Shown here: one piece after another, positions 1 through 15,501 of the stretch | Layout: each line of letters begins with the position of its first letter | How positions within the stretch are numbered: the first letter of the stretch is position 1 | NCBI GenBank assembly: GCA_051362555.1 | Contig: CM120647.1 | Location: 11,384,651 to 11,448,650, forward strand | Origin: Lingula anatina | Taxonomy: Eukaryota; Animalia; Brachiopoda | Direction of reading: 5' to 3' | Length of the DNA stretch: 64,000 bases | Program-made: the position numbers and the translations under genes | The notes under the pieces: generated by a model | Told to the model about the DNA's origin: nothing | The model's database searches: none | Seen by the model: the letters and a program-made list of their open reading frames with translations, nothing else

Positions 1-593
1 TTTGCAAAAGTATAGCAGTTTGAAACGACTCAAAAATAATCCAATTCTGTTATTGATATCCTTAATTAACAGCATATTGAATAAAGATGACGTTTACCAT
101 ATACGTTTGATGATAAACTGATATACGCCTGAATGTTTGCACCAAATGATGTATGATGCCACACAATAATGACTATTATCTAACAGAAGAAAGCCAGTAA
201 TGGATACCCCATCTATATCTAATGAAGCCATATAGTTCAACAACAGCACCACTACACGGGTAAACCCTATCCATCTTTACAAGAAGCCAAATGAATGAGA
301 AAAAAGAGTCCTAGAAATAAAAGGTACTTTTTGCAACAATGAATCATGTCAACACATATATTGAACGCATATCCTCGGTTGGTAGTCGTCAGATATGTCT
401 TATGACCGTATTTCGTGATCAAAGTTATTAAATTTATACACTGTTTGTATTACCAGTGTTCCTAAGCACACAGAGGAATACCCACACAGTAAAGTAAACG
501 AAACTGAGCAGCAATACAAATCAGAAAAGAAGCCTCAGCTAAATATCTACAGAGACACTAACAAACTGAGTAGCTTTTCAAAGCAAAGACTTG

Positions 594-597
<4 letters not shown>

Positions 598-688
<91 letters not shown>
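598..688. repeat. Compound (TA)n(GA)n microsatellite
   Basis: Directly visible pure dinucleotide runs. Confidence 0.98.
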
Positions 689-690
<2 letters not shown>

Positions 691-1529
691 CATATCAATC
701 CACTATCTGTTTGTACTGAAATGCCCTTACAACGGACTTTGTAAAATGAGTGATTGTTGTTGGTGAAGTCTTACGTAGCGTCTGTTTGCTGTTTGATTAC
801 TTTTCCCCGAAAAGCCTTCGTTTCTAAGATTTCTACTATGAAATTTTCACACCAGTATAAGATATATCCGCGCTCTAAATATGCTAACGCAGTATTCTCG
901 TGTTACATGTGAATGGCTTTAGAACATTTGTTAACGACCCCACATGCAATTAAATCTAGAAAAAAATCTGAAACGCGGAAGGATTTTACAATGTACAGTA
1001 GGGCGTAATATCAAACCTGACAAAAGGTGTAAAAACTTGAATTTCAAGGGTACAACTCTAACTAATGTTTTATTTTAGCATTATTCTGTGTATTGAACGT
1101 GCCTCTAGCAGCACTTTTAGCTTCGTAAGCATTATATAGGCATGCAGCCTGTATCGAAATGCACGTTTGATGTCAACACTACTACTTCATAGTAAATAGC
1201 TTTTTCAATCCTTTTCACACAGAGATTTTCTTCTTTGAAAACAATATCTAACAAACCCAATTGTAAGCAATCTTGCCATTTAGCCTATCAGAGCATTTAG
1301 CGAGGATTAAGAATTATCACGTTCTCTTGACATTCTCGCCAATCTTATTGTGATTCTAAGTAGCGGCTGTTATGTGTTAATATTCACTAAAATATGTCAT
1401 GGCATGTTTTCTGGGTAACAGTTGTATAATGACGTGTGGTGACGTTAACAAAACGAAAAACAGGAAAGAAATAACAAAAAGTAAGAAACAGGGGCTCGTG
1501 CCCAGGGTCTCAAACTTAAATTTTTTTGG

Positions 1530-1563
1530 ATCTCTCTCTCTCCCTCTCTCTCTCTCTTACACA

Positions 1564-1594
<31 letters not shown>

Positions 1595-1598
1595 CACA
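1530..1598. repeat. Compound (CT)n(CA)n microsatellite
   Basis: Directly visible. Similar compound runs occur near 8511-8563, 38034-38065 and 39435-39519. Confidence 0.95.
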
Positions 1599-4500
1599 TT
1601 TTCACCACTGTTAAATTGTAGCATTGCTATAGTTCCGTGGTTTCTATGTTTCAAGCGTTGTTCTGGTACTTATGGAGTGCTTAGTGTCATTCATTGTCAA
1701 CGGCTTCACACTATCTTCAATAAACACTTTCGGCCAACCACACCAAGGACTACAAAACACAGTAATCTATCTATTTTCCAATACATCAGATGAAGGCATT
1801 TACTTTAATATCTAATACAGTTTATGGCACCGTTAGCACATACTTTAACACGAACTTCGAGTGTCGCGACCTAAGCTAGCAAAGGGAAAATCACAACTCG
1901 CCTCTGATCAGAAACTACCAATAATGAAACACGAAATGTAATATCGCGCTTCAGTGGCGTTATTATAGCTTTATTAATAGCATAATTACAGTGCAGAGTT
2001 ACCATCTGTTTGATGCTAGGGGGAAATATAACACTAAAGTCTTGCTCCGGAAATGAGCTGAGATTAAAGAAGAGTCATCGGTGGGTCGATACGACCAATA
2101 TTACAAATAAGAGCTAACCAAAAACACAGGGATAACGCTCTGAATTTCGTTACTATCTATAAACCCAGCGTGAGGGTCTAATGACTCTAATAAACAGGTT
2201 ATCTGCTCTTCCTACGTTATCTGCAGAAGAAGCCTGCCAAATCGTGCTTAAGGTTAGCCTACGCGACCTCTAATAACGTTTTAAATTTCTTTCATTGCAT
2301 TGGCTGAATTTATCACATAGAGCCAAGGAATTCAAAGGGAACGCTGTTATGTTTTTTTTCTTTTTTTTTTTATAAATCATTTCGTTTTATCCTTTAATTA
2401 TGAGGAAGTTTAAACCAGAAATGAAGATATCAAAATTTGAAATAAACATGAATTAATACTATTCATATGATGTTCTTCTCAAAAATGATTTAAATAAATG
2501 AAATATTAGAATAAAAAAAACGACATTCAACCCAAAGGTAAATGAAAATATTAACCAAAATGTTCTCAGAGTAAAATATTAGCAAGTGGTACACTGGCAA
2601 TTCACCGCTTTTGTCATAAAAAACATTAAAGATTTTTTATGAAATCATTTTTTTGATAATTTGATTTCCTTGATCATGGCCCTGGGGCGCACAGACCAAT
2701 TTGTGTATTAATTTATGTCATTTCTGTCCTAAAATAAGTTTCTCTTAAATGCTTTATTTGTCGATTGATAAAGGAAGGACTAATTATCTGAACCAGCATT
2801 GAAGGTTAATAGAGGTGACACAAATCTGGAAGAAAAATAAAATATAACAAAATCAGGAAAAACTAAAAATAATCAAGGACAACGAATTAGTAGAGAAGCT
2901 GGATATTAAAAACTGGTTTCTGTTTGTAATTAGTGTGGCCAAAATGAGGAACGACAACAATGTACAGAACATATTGAATTGACGTAAACACCGGCCAGAT
3001 TAGTGTTCCAGAAAGCAGCCTCAGGGGGAAGACACATCAAACACTGAGCCATTTTCTAGCCGTGGAAATTACGACGTGGGAGACAACGTATCAGAACAAT
3101 ATCTACAAATGAACGCGAAAATCTGATAATCACGTCCCAGGTTTTGTGTTCCGACCGCCACTCTCATGCTCTCCATCTAAGCTTCTTTCCGACAAACGAC
3201 ATCTAATCCTTCTCACATCTAAGTTTGTCTTGGTTTGCTTTAAGAACAAAAACCAAATATACTATCGATAGCGTTTAATTATCGCCGCTGGACACGAGCT
3301 GGACAAGGGCAGCGTTCTTGGTTATCCGGAGGTCTGTACATTTGCGGCGTTCAACTGACCATAGCCATTTTTAATGGTCTTGGCTTTATGAAATTATCGA
3401 AATTCATATATAGTATTATCCTCCCGTTCCTTTTTTCTGCATCGCACTACAGTTTCGGAAAATGACGCTCGATAAAAGTATATTGGAACATTTTGTATCA
3501 TATTCAATTTTCTTTTGCACGATTCTTTCGTGTTTCTTTCATTCATTTTGATTGCTGACGGAGTTTTTGAATATTTTATGTCGTTTTATTTGGATTTTTT
3601 AATTTTTCGATGAATAAATGTTGTTTTCATTATTCCCTCATTATATTCGAAACTAAGTAAAATCTTGCCTCAGACGACGTTGATCATTCCCAGAATGTCG
3701 TGCGTGTTTTTCCTTTGAAAATTTAAGGTAGATTTCTTTCCCTGTTTGGTTCTGCATTGATTCTGGCTCTAACAAATTATAATTGATGTGCGTTAGACGT
3801 TTTGAGGGCACCTTTGACAAACATCCGCAACGTAGGCAAATTACAAAACTTTTGGGAACTCGGTTTAAACACATATAGGAATATAACGGGAAACTAACGC
3901 TAACGAAAACACCTGGCCCAACCGAACATGTAGAAAATGAGTCTTTTGTAGCAAGTTATATAGTTGTGCCGATTATATTTACAAAAAAGTACATAAAATA
4001 CAGATTTACCGTTTGTTGTATTGCAAATGGCAATTCACTGTAAACAAGACAAGACAACACAGATATACACGTGTCTTACCGGTCGCCCACTTTGGACTCA
4101 CGACAACTTCTGCTTCTTAATATCTTTAGCTTTAATCTCTCTCTCTCTTGCTGTCTTTTACCGGACCCCTTGGTACCTGTTGGCGTTGTTTATGCGCCCT
4201 TTTTGGTAGTTCTTTTTATATATCAGACAAAATACCTTATTCAACTCGTACTTGTTAAGTCTCGAAGTGTCAGAAGTTTCACCAATTCAGATATGCCAAC
4301 AAAAGTCACCGATGCACCAGCTATCATGAACAGCCCATATATATGTGTATATTTATATATATATATATATACAGCTATACGTGCGCAATTTATGACTAAA
4401 GCAGGTCGATGATCAACCAATCAGATTACAGATTCTAAAACCAATGCAGCACCAGCGGTTCACAGTTTCTTGTCGTGAAGGAAACAATTAGTCTTAATTG

Positions 4501-7500
4501 CTTTTTAGCGATAAACATGAAAAGCGAGGAATTGCCAACTTCATTGCACGGGAATATTTTCAGTTTTAAATCATGGTGTGAAACTAAAGTCATACACAAA
4601 CACATAAAACCCTGACATGTTGTTTGATAAACTGCAGTAGGCAGAACCAGGAGTTCCAATGGACCCCCATCGCTCTCTTTTTAAAAGAGGGAAGAAAGAC
4701 ACGCTGAGGCTTCTAGAAGTATGAGTATCGCGTGTAGTTTCACTCTTCTTCTCCTTAAGCAAGTAATCGTAACTTAGCCCCATACCCCACGATAATACAA
4801 AAAAACAAAAAAAAAAACGATCCTATCAAGAATTAATTGACTGGTGTGGGTAGGTGTGGACAGTGTGGTCACGGCTATGGCAAGGTGACAGTTACGCAAT
4901 GTTTGACGTCTGGAAACCGTTTTAAGTAGAAGATCATTATATCTACAGACTCAATCAACTTAGGCAGCAGTGTTTAACAAACCACGTCAACTGTTACAAC
5001 ACTCCTCCTGATTATTATATTGATAAGGAAATTACTAATCAATAAAAGGAACCATCGTTTTTTAGTTATATTGTATTATATATGTGTTATCTTGCACATT
5101 ATCCTTTTTATTTTCTTTCCAGTGCATCATTTGCCATATTTTGCATACATGACTTTAATTCCCCGTAACGGCAGGACCGACCAATGTGCTTCAAAAACCG
5201 ATGGTGGATTAATGGTGTTTAAAACAGCAATATCGGACGAACGCTACAATACAAACTACCTGTAAAAGAATAATAAATATGATAGGCGGTCCCTCTCCAA
5301 AGGTGTAAGAAGTAATTTGTAAAGGTCTGGAAATATGAAGGCTGGTGCTTCAACGTTAACAAGACACCATTTGCACATTAGATGGGCGTTGATCGCTGAA
5401 AACCGGATCCCCCCTTTGTAAGTAGAACGGTAACTGTGTGAACACCGGTCCCTACACCTCTTTGGTCTACTTAAAGGATTAACAGAAACATAAACACAGC
5501 GAACAATCCCAAATGTGACCGCTGTCTCTGATTATATGCGCTATAAAATGTTCTGCTGTGATCGTCGGGTAATTAGCACTGCCAAAGGTTCTGTGCAATT
5601 GGATTATTTTTCGCATTTGCTGGTTTATAGGCCCTTTGTGACTGTAAAACGACCTTCTAACACTTTGGTATGGACGTTTGATAAGGTAATTTGGACATAT
5701 TTAACCCTCTATTCTTCCCCCGGCCCTGTGGTGCTTGTTGCAGTTGTCCCCAGTTTCAATTCCATACGTTCCAAACACAAATATAGCAAACAAAACCCCT
5801 TTCGTGAATGAAATTTTAAATAGTATATATGCATTTGTACCAGATTCCAATGACAACCCTTACAGTTCTTAACAATCTCAATTGTCTCCAATAGGTCTTA
5901 AAAGCCATGCAGTCTGGTTCCATGCAGTTTGAACAGTTTCACAGAAAAGCCGAATGCATGCTAACGCATGTCAGTAATCTGAAACTTACTTTTTACAAAA
6001 CCAACGTGTTTATTTTAGGTTCCTGTGACAGAAACGTATGTGTAATACATTAACTGAATAAATCATTTGGCATATAAGGTAAATGTCCATCTAACCCAGT
6101 TTGTTCTATAGTATAAGTGTTTCACAAGGGGTGGGGTTTTGGGGGCGGGGAGAGGGGGGTAATGCTAGCACAAAGAAATTAGGGGTTGTCTCCAGCACTG
6201 CTCTCAGACGAAGAGATCAGACTGCAACTCAGACATCTATATTTCATTCTGCACAAATCTGGCTTTGTGGTGACGTAAAGACGTATGCAGCTGACTCTGT
6301 CATCACTTGGTAACGGCCACCCATGTTGATTTATTATTTCCCTGTTTTCGTAAAGTTTTTTTTTTAATTTTGATAAAAAACTAGTACATTAGAATCCTGC
6401 ACGTCCACAATATTTCACCAATTTTAGTGATATATGTCCAGTAAGAGGCTATTAACCTGAATAGCTTCATTCCTTCAAGATATCTAGATAAACATCCAGA
6501 TATTTGGAGGTTCACAGCATTTTTATTATTAGCTTTTCATAGAAGATAAATCTGTTTTTTTTAAGTGCTCAGTCGGAGCAAGATTTGCTTTTCATATGTT
6601 TATCTAATGCACTTTAGAAAGAACAAATGTTACTCAAATTCTGACATCGACGCTATTCTGTAGGCTTACGCACGTGTAGCTACATGTTTTTCGTGCCATG
6701 CTGTCGGATTTAGCGTGCAAAAGTGCTGCTCAGCTGGGCATATAATTAAATCATTCCAAGACACATCCTTTTACAAGATCAACAAAATTATCAGAATGTG
6801 ATGCCCAGTTGTTGGGTAATTTAAGAAGAAAATAATGAACAACCTACGTATTGTGTTCTATTTGATACATTGCCTCCTTTTGTTCATGGTAGGTACTATT
6901 CATGTATCATCGCGCAATCAAAGAAAAGGGAATTAAGAAGCCACCTATCTGAAACAACCGTGGTTAGTACAGTAACTCCTCAATCTCTAGACCAGATCTA
7001 TTAGTGTGCGGGTCAACTGTAGTCTATCGACAGATACTAACCCTTTCTAATTACTAGTATCTAATCTAGTTCATATAGACGACAGCCGAATTTTTGATCT
7101 CTTCGCGGCACCTCTTGCTTTCATAATAATAATAAAATATAATAAAAATAATAAATAACAATTATAAAAAAACAATAATATCTTATAGTGATGACAATGA
7201 TAGATAAATAAAATGATAAGTAACAAGATCAATAAATGAATGGCTAAGTGTATGAATAAATAAAAAATAAACTGCAGGCCGTCTTAACATGCTACACGGC
7301 TCTCTTTTTTTCCATGTATCGTATACAAGTACTTCGGGAGCATCCCGGCCTGCATTGCACTTGCCCTAATCTTAGTACTAAGCAGACCGGATGGGACACA
7401 CAACAGTATTCTTTGCTTTCACGCACCTGTCCAAATATATAAAATATGGATATGTTATATATATATATATATATACACCCAATCAATACTGTCCGATGTG

Positions 7501-8511
7501 GCGTACCGTTGACGTAATGGATAGCCTAAATATGTGTGTATTGCCGTATATTTGTCCTTGGGTGGTTTACGTTGTTTGTGCCCTTCAACGTTTAAGCCGG
7601 TATCAATTCATTCATATAATGAAACCAAAACAATTTGATTTGGATGATTACTTCATGCGTGTTGCCGCCAATAATGCCAATTGCCTCCTGACACACGACG
7701 TTGTAGCCAATTTAAAGTTGACTTAGTAGCTAAAAATGCGATTTGAAAGCGATTCTGTAAATTTCAATATTACCACAATGATCTTCAAGAAGTGAAATAA
7801 ATAAATAAATAAAACCAGAGAAACAAGCTGCAATATGTGATTATGTACATAGTGGCAATGGTAACTTACGTCTATGGACCCCTGTCGCCGCTCGCACGCC
7901 GGCCCGTCATTAAAAAGAAAATGTTCGGTCTGATCTTACTTACTTATGGGATACCTGATTGTATGATGGATAGCCGACTATGATTTCTAGTATAGAAATA
8001 AACGACAAATGCGCCCTGAAAGCAGGTGGCCTCGTTGAATTATAGCTTTCTGTGATTTAATGATTCCGTGAAATTGTAAACCAACGCCAAAACACGACGT
8101 TAATGGACCGGGTCCCCATTTACACAACGACCCCCTTAAAACTGTGACAAATTACTCTCCTATTTTAGAAATGATTTAAGGACAAGGAATGTAAGATTTA
8201 ACCGGATCTGATAGTGTCTTCTGTGTTTTTTTCCTCAACGCCTTTCCTATTATTCTAATAAATATCATGATAAAGATTTATTGTTTTGAATGTGGCATCT
8301 GTAACTCAACGCGAGGCAGATCAAAAGTGTGAGACCAAATTTCCTTGGTCAGATACGTTACGCGCCAACAGGTGTGCGACTGATATGTGCCTGTGATTCA
8401 ATGATTCCATGAAATTGTAAACCAATACCAAAATATGGGTTTAATGGGCAATGCATTTTATTATTTTATTTTACCTCAACCCCAATAACATTCATTCATT
8501 GTCAGACATCT

Positions 8512-8565
<54 letters not shown>

Positions 8566-8719
8566 CACATGTATATGACACCGAATCCAAAGGGACATAA
8601 AAGATTTACATGTCATATACGCCTACCGTAGATAAAATCACGACGTTGATGGCACCAGTATAGAGTCGGGCACATGGAAGGGGACTCCAATGAAGGAACT
8701 ACAATACAGAATGTTAAAA

Positions 8720-8920
8720 CAGGCGGAAAGGGAATATTTAATGGGGGGGGGGGAGTTCAGGGTATCTTAGAGGGCAAACAGTGCCATTTGGTACGGTTTA
8801 CAACTATGATTCAACTAGTCAAAATTATCATTTCAAGAAGGGGCCATTGGTGTGTTTTTTTTTCAGAAATCGAAGGGAGGGACAGGACCCCCTGACACCC
8901 CCCTCACAAATCCGCCACTG
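8720..8920 (+). mobile_element. MITE family A, decayed copy (CAGGGGCGGAT...ATCCGCCACTG type)
   Basis: Shares the core aactatgattcarctagtcaaaatt...tttcagaaatcgaaggg...caggacccc with 28076-28288 and, in reverse, with 56953-56996 plus 57896-58123; ends in aatccgccactg. Confidence 0.8.
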
Positions 8921-9427
8921 GAATTTGAGGTCTACGTCCATTGATGCTCAGCACTGAGTCACGTAATCAGAAACATCGCCGTTGCGTGCGGTCGCCTCCG
9001 ACTCCTGCACCTAAATTAGCCGCCATTCCAGTGGATAAAAACCAACATATTAAGACCTGCCTAACCGCAATCTCAACCACAGACAGCTAGGTTAGATTCA
9101 CCTTGAGACCCAGCAACGCCAAGAGCCACCAGGATTTCAACTTCAATGGTCCTCGAGGCTGATATCTAGGTTGAGTTGGCTGTTGGAATTGTTTGGTTTT
9201 ACGTCTATGGCATGTCAAGTGAGGTGCCAAATACATCTAGTCTGTACCTCCCACCCCGAACCACTACTGTCCTATGACTTTATAAAGGTTTCTTTAATAT
9301 ACAGTCTACAATGAAACAATGAGCTTTTTGCTTTAATGTCATCGTTGCAAACAAAGGAAAAATAGGTTTTGTAAAATCTGAAAACAGGTTATCTGTAAAT
9401 ATTCATTAATAAACCATATGTGTGCCC

Positions 9428-9472
<45 letters not shown>

Positions 9473-12400
9473 GCTTTTTGTACTCAACATATTATCCTCT
9501 CACAAGCTCCATTTCACGGTTTCTTGCAATTTTAAGCAGACAAGTACAGAAAATCCCATTCCACCACAGTTATAAAGAAACGAAAGAAAAAAGACTGGCA
9601 AGGTGACCCCCTCACCTTGTTCAAACAGGAGTAAGGGAAAGTGGAATAACCTTCAAACAGCCATTCTAACAAATATATTACTTTACTTATTATATGATAA
9701 ACGTAGATAATGATCCTACATTCTGGATTTGGGATCTGATTAAACATAGTATGTGCCATTGGCAACATCACTATACATAATATTCACGTAATCTCAGAAT
9801 TTTTGACCAATAGAAAATTGGGAAAATTATTAATCAGACGACAACAACGTTCAATGACGGCGATGTTCTCAACTTTTTTGTGTTATCTTGGAGGTAATGG
9901 ACCGTTTGTCAATGGATGATACAATAAAACAAAGTACGGACTTTTGATTTGGATCAAAATGATGATTTGTAAACCCAAGATTCAATGTATACTTGTACCA
10001 TACACATTTATGGTGCGGTAGAAGAAAGAAAAACGTATATGTGAAAACGTAGGACTACACCTGCAGTATGACATTGAAAACGTGACAAATTGAGAGCTGT
10101 TAATTACGGAAAAGATGACATCTGGAACTGTATCAGATACAGCAATTAAGGATCAAAAGTGAGATTGTGACAAAGTGCATTAATGAGGCTACAGTAACCA
10201 GTTAGTAACACGTCGGTGAGTGCTGCAGGGAGTTGAGTAACGAGTGTTCGATGTCACCAAATGTCAGGAAAAAAATTAAGAACTATCTTTCATTACCTGT
10301 ATATGTATTAAAACACAACCACAAATATAACGAAAATTGGATACAGCAGCAGAGACAGCAAACTTGTACAAATCCCAGGTCAAAAAAAGATATGACATAA
10401 ATGTTGCTTAGACCTAGACATCTAATAATTCCTAAATCTCCTACCGACAGAAAAAAAAAACTAAATCCTGCTAACCATACTGTTATAGTACGTTGCATTA
10501 CATTCCCCAATAGTTACAGAATTAAATTATCAAACACATGTCCTTCAACGTGACTGGGAGTTTGAATTTGCATGGTGCAAACATGTAAAAAGCGTAAGCA
10601 TCATGTGCCTGTCTCATTAAAACGCACTCATAACCTACTTCTCACACCATTTCATTCACCATATCGCCTGTGAAGTCAAGTGGGCGATGAGTGCAAAACT
10701 ACACATTTGATTGGCTAAAGCGTTGCTGACGTCACTGATGAACGACCTACTAAATGGATTGGACCGGATGTAGTGAGTGTCCAATTGATTGACAGTTAAC
10801 GACGCTATTTTCCTCTTCTTTTTCTGTAAGTGTTGCTGCCAATAAAGATTCACTAAATCGCTAACAGTGACAAGCACGCTGATCACTATACATTTAAACT
10901 CTGGTAAATCTTAACAAAAATCAATCAAAGTTTTAGTCATAAAACACCGGAATCCTTGGTAACTCTCCTCAAGAAGAGGAGTGTATCTGCTACATTGAGT
11001 CTGATGAATAGTCTCTTGGTTGTCTTTTGAAGAGAATCATTCAGGTTTTTCTGAATGAATAAGTGCACTGTCTGACATAAAAAAAACCGCAGGTGCCACA
11101 TCACACTCATTGCAGAAAAAAAAAACAATGCAATCCTTGTATACCATCACGCTGAATCAGGTCGCGTATTCTCCTGTCCAGGGATAAAGGGGTAGAGGCA
11201 GTAATAGTAAAATTAAACGCACAGAACCATTCAATGGCTAAACCTCACGTCATAGAAAGATTATAATGGAGGAGAAATATTGACATACTGTGATGAATAC
11301 GAAATTACAAAACACAGTGTCAAACTCTATAGGCTTTACAATGATGTGTTCGATACAAGATCTAGATCCGTCACACCCGTCGAGGTTATCGTTACAGAAA
11401 ACTGATAACCTATGAGCAAAGTGTCACTGATCTCAGGCTTTGGGTGACACTGAGCATATTGGACTGTCACATTGTTTTGGTATATTCAGTATCTAGCGCA
11501 GAGATAAAGCTCTTTCACCCCCTCACCTCTTCTTGTACTCAAGACTGACGATATTACGCGTTTAACATTGTATGCTCAGTTTCCAGAATAGTAATAAAAG
11601 TCTTTAGCCCCTCGCCTCTTTTCAAACTACAGACTGATGATATATCGGGTTATTGCGTTGTACATTGTGTTTTCGCTTTCTAGAGCAGAAAATAACGCCA
11701 CGACATGTCTGATATCAAGGTTACCCAGGATGTTTTGTATTCTTAATTTTCATTTTTCTGCAGTTTAGCCTTGATCGCCCCATCTAGATTTCCTACAGAA
11801 ACTACAGAGGTAAACCACGTCAACTTGTCCTCAGCCGCTGTGAGGTCACTGACCCGCTGTGGGGTCAATGTCACGCGCTCAGGTACCAGAAGATCACCCA
11901 AGGTCTTCCTCTTCCAACATCAAATACAGGACATGGGAAGCTAGGCGGGTGTAAAAAGGGGTACAAAGGCTATTTCCTCCGCCACTCTCTCCCCCAGCAT
12001 GCTGAAATACGTGTGACAAGAAAGAAAAAGATCGGGATACATGCACACGCGTAGCAATGGTCACTAGTAGCAAAAGTGTATATAATATTCATTCAAACTA
12101 GGAGCGATATTTCACACGAATCAAATAGTTCGCATAGTCGATGAAACAGAAACAGGCCAAGAGAAACCACACAGACTCAATATGCCTGGTGTTTCACTGA
12201 CGTTCAGTAATTGTACATATTAATCCATGCCATCACCTATTATACAATGTATGTAGTAAGAAAAACCGCAATTTCAATATGTGTGAAAATTCACAAGAAT
12301 CCTCCTTGGAATTGGTAATCGACAGGTGTGTCAACGTGTTCTGGTTCTGAAAGGGAAACTAGTTTGATGAATAAAATACGACGTTTGATGTACTTTGTCT

Positions 12401-13545
12401 ATTGAGTTATCTTATATCCCTATCTGCTAATTTTTTTCCTGGTGTCTACGTTATGAGGTCGTCCAAAGACGCTAGAGTCACACCCAGCGAGCAGATTGTA
12501 ACTTTCTCATCATCCAGTAATACCATCATCCGTGTAAACCTAACAGCATCCAAACACAGTACTTTAAATCGAAAAAAAATGCATGTAGCGTCTTGAAATA
12601 CGGGGTATTGTCTTTTATTTTCTGATTGAACATGTCTGTTTGAAAAAGCATCTTTATTTCTACAGCTCATTCTGCAAGGTGACAGGAAATCACGTTAAAT
12701 CCGTACTTTATACTCTTTATGCTTCTGTGAATGTAAAACTAACTACCACACAATATAACTGCTGTATCAGGAACGCCATTCTTTATGAGACCAAACGCTT
12801 TGCTGTAATGCCCTGGGCGCGGGGGGTGGGGGTGGGGTGTGGGGTGTGGCGAATGAACCGCCCTTTTTGCAGTGAAGAGTTCCCCACTGAAGTTCGAGGA
12901 TGCGCGGTTAAAGACCACCTTTTCATAAAAAAGACCCTCACAGCATTTGACATTGCTTTGTCCATTCTTGAGTGTCTTTTATTTCCCCTTCTTAACTAGA
13001 TGCTTCGCTAACGACATGTCGATTTGATAATGGAGATAAAAACCGTACAATATTCCGAACCTAGGAAATGAACATCACTACAGACCACATAAAGAAACTT
13101 GTAGAAAAAACATATAGCTCCGAAAACTCAGGAAATGGCCTTAATCTAAGAGTTTAAAGTCGAAAGCAATATATGAGAATTCAGAATGTAATGCCTCCCC
13201 CAAGCTTCCTTTCGAGCGGGTCGATTTAGAAAAAAATGCCGCAGCCAGTACTGAGACTGCCAAAACAAACTCCTCCTACTAGCCACGCGCTCGCGAGACT
13301 TTTTTCTGGTACCCAGTGATGGTTTACTGCGGTATCTTAATGTCTGCCACGTGTGGGGTGAACAAAGCCAAATAGCGGTTCACCTTTAATGAAGATAAAC
13401 ATTACATCTTCTGAGGGACTTCAGTCTTGTTTTTACACTGATACGAGGAAGCGGTTAAAGTGGGGCATGGGGTTTCGATGATTGAGCCTCTCTCAGCGCA
13501 GACGATACCCCGTCTATTAAGCTTGGTAAAAATCAATGCAGCGTT

Positions 13546-14400
13546 CACAGGTTGCAACGGCCTGCGCGTTGTTCTTGATTAACTTTCAGTGAATTTAATG
13601 ACAAGGGTGTGGGCGTTATCGCCAGGTGCGGAATTGCACATTTCATAAAATTAAGACTTTGATTTTCGGTCATTACGCAATATTTGCTTAAGCTGTTCAA
13701 CTGTTGTTTTAAGAAATCGAAGTGAAATATATTACGCGCATATCGAAATTCGCGAATTATAGCAATTTGTGAAGGAGTAGGAAAAATTAAAAGAAAACCA
13801 AGAAAGGAGTTGCGGAGTCAGAACATATACACGTAGCAGAAATTCCAAGCTATTGCACATGTATGCAGGCTGTCTTCAGTCAAATTAACTCCGCGAAGTG
13901 TGTATAGTGTTTTGGTTGAAATGCGGATGCCTTATTTCCCATATTCTAAGAAACGTCAATTTAAAGTAATTAGAACAGGTAGCAACCGCCTGCGCTTTAT
14001 TCCTTGTTAACTTTAAGTAAAGTTCCTAACAGCAAGATATGCTGAAGCCAGTCGGTGTCACTGTCGGTGCATATTTGCACATTTCATAAAGTTAAGACTT
14101 TGATTTTCGATCATCACGCAGTGTTTGCCTAAGCACTAAAAATGTTATTTTATTTGCAATTTCTGAAGGATTGGGAAAATCAAACCCCCCTCACCAAAAA
14201 AAATATAAATAAATAAATGTTGCCGAGTCAGTTAACTTGAGAACTCTTTCAGCACGGTGAGCAGGGATTTTAAGCTATTGTACATGTATGCAGGTTGTCT
14301 TAATAAAAAAAGAACGCGGTAAAGTGTGTGTAGTGTTTTGATTGAAATGCGTATACTTTAATTCCAATATTCTAAGAAACTAAGAATCGTTAATTGAAAT
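13546..14400. repeat. Diverged tandem duplication, about 430-bp unit x2
   Basis: Blocks gcaac.gcctgcgc, tgcacatttcataaa.ttaagactttgattttcg, aagctattg.acatgtatgcagg and tagtgttttg.ttgaaatgcg occur twice in the same order. Confidence 0.85.
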
Positions 14401-14970
14401 ATGTACATAATCACCACCTGAAAGAATAGCCAAACGAGATAAAACCACGTGTTACTGACTGAACTACTGCACACGTGTACGTTACAGACAGGAAATAAAC
14501 GTGCCACAGGTGGTGATTGAACAAAAATCCCTCTCCAAAAAAGATACTGTATTGCTCTATCGCAAAGTTTTTCTCTGCACATGCTCTTCCTAATATAGCT
14601 TCCACCTGAGGATTGACCACTGACCAGGGGTCATTGACCTGGTCTGAGGACACGAGACAGTACCGGTGAAACGTGACAGAGAGTCCCCCATGATAGTGAA
14701 TCCACTTGCCATTCCTTTGTACAGTAAGCCTCGCCCTAGATTTGGACCCACTTAGGTCAGACTAACCCCAACCATTATAACTATACGAAGGGCGGACTTT
14801 CTGTTACACGGACCCTCAGTGTCGTTACACCGGGACGTGTGTGCGCCTGCCTCTCCAAGGTGACATCGCTGTACGCTATATAGTAGCCTGGAGACCACTC
14901 TTTATCTACCTCGTGTGATACCGACATTAAGGCATCTTTATATCCTCGTCGCCCTTAACCACTACCTGGG

Positions 14971-15109
14971 CCCTAACGGAAAATTCACTATAGGGCCCTA
15001 CAGGATATATCACAAGATAGGAATCCTTTAGGACGTTCAACAGAATTCTCATAGAGTCCTATAAAGTCATATTATGGCATAGGGATCCTATAGAGCATTT
15101 TCATAAGGG
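14971..15109. mobile_element. Short decayed MITE with CCC...GGG termini (possibly CMC/EnSpm-like)
   Basis: Left ccctaacggaaaattcactatagggcccta versus reverse complement of right end cccttatgaaaatgctctataggatcccta; no clear TSD. Confidence 0.5.
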
Positions 15110-15501
15110 AACACATAGGTACAGGAACTCAACAAAACGGGCGTTATACATGTACTAACATTATTCATATAATTTTTATTCTAGTCTATGAGAAGGTTTA
15201 ACTGGCATTAAACAGTATACGTCATCCAGCTGTCTGTTAAAAGTCGAGACTACAGTGAGGGAACGCTATATACCGCCACGTGGGTTGAGCTATTCCTGTA
15301 CCCATGCAACACCTTGACGTGACTGAAATGTTCTAACGTGTAGCTGAAGGTCGGAGGAAGGGGACACCAGTGACACGGTGAAAGAGCATTGGTGAAAATG
15401 CCTCTGGTTAATAGCTTCATGTAATAAACAAGACGTTGGGAGAGAAATTTAAAAAAAAAAAAAAAAAACGAAAAATGTGGAATTCTGTTTTCGAGTTAAC
15501 T

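Noticed and set aside
11750-14730. GC-richer patches at about 11.8, 12.5 and 14.65 kb as coding exons
   Set aside because: Manual translation gave no recognisable protein and no phase-consistent exon chain.
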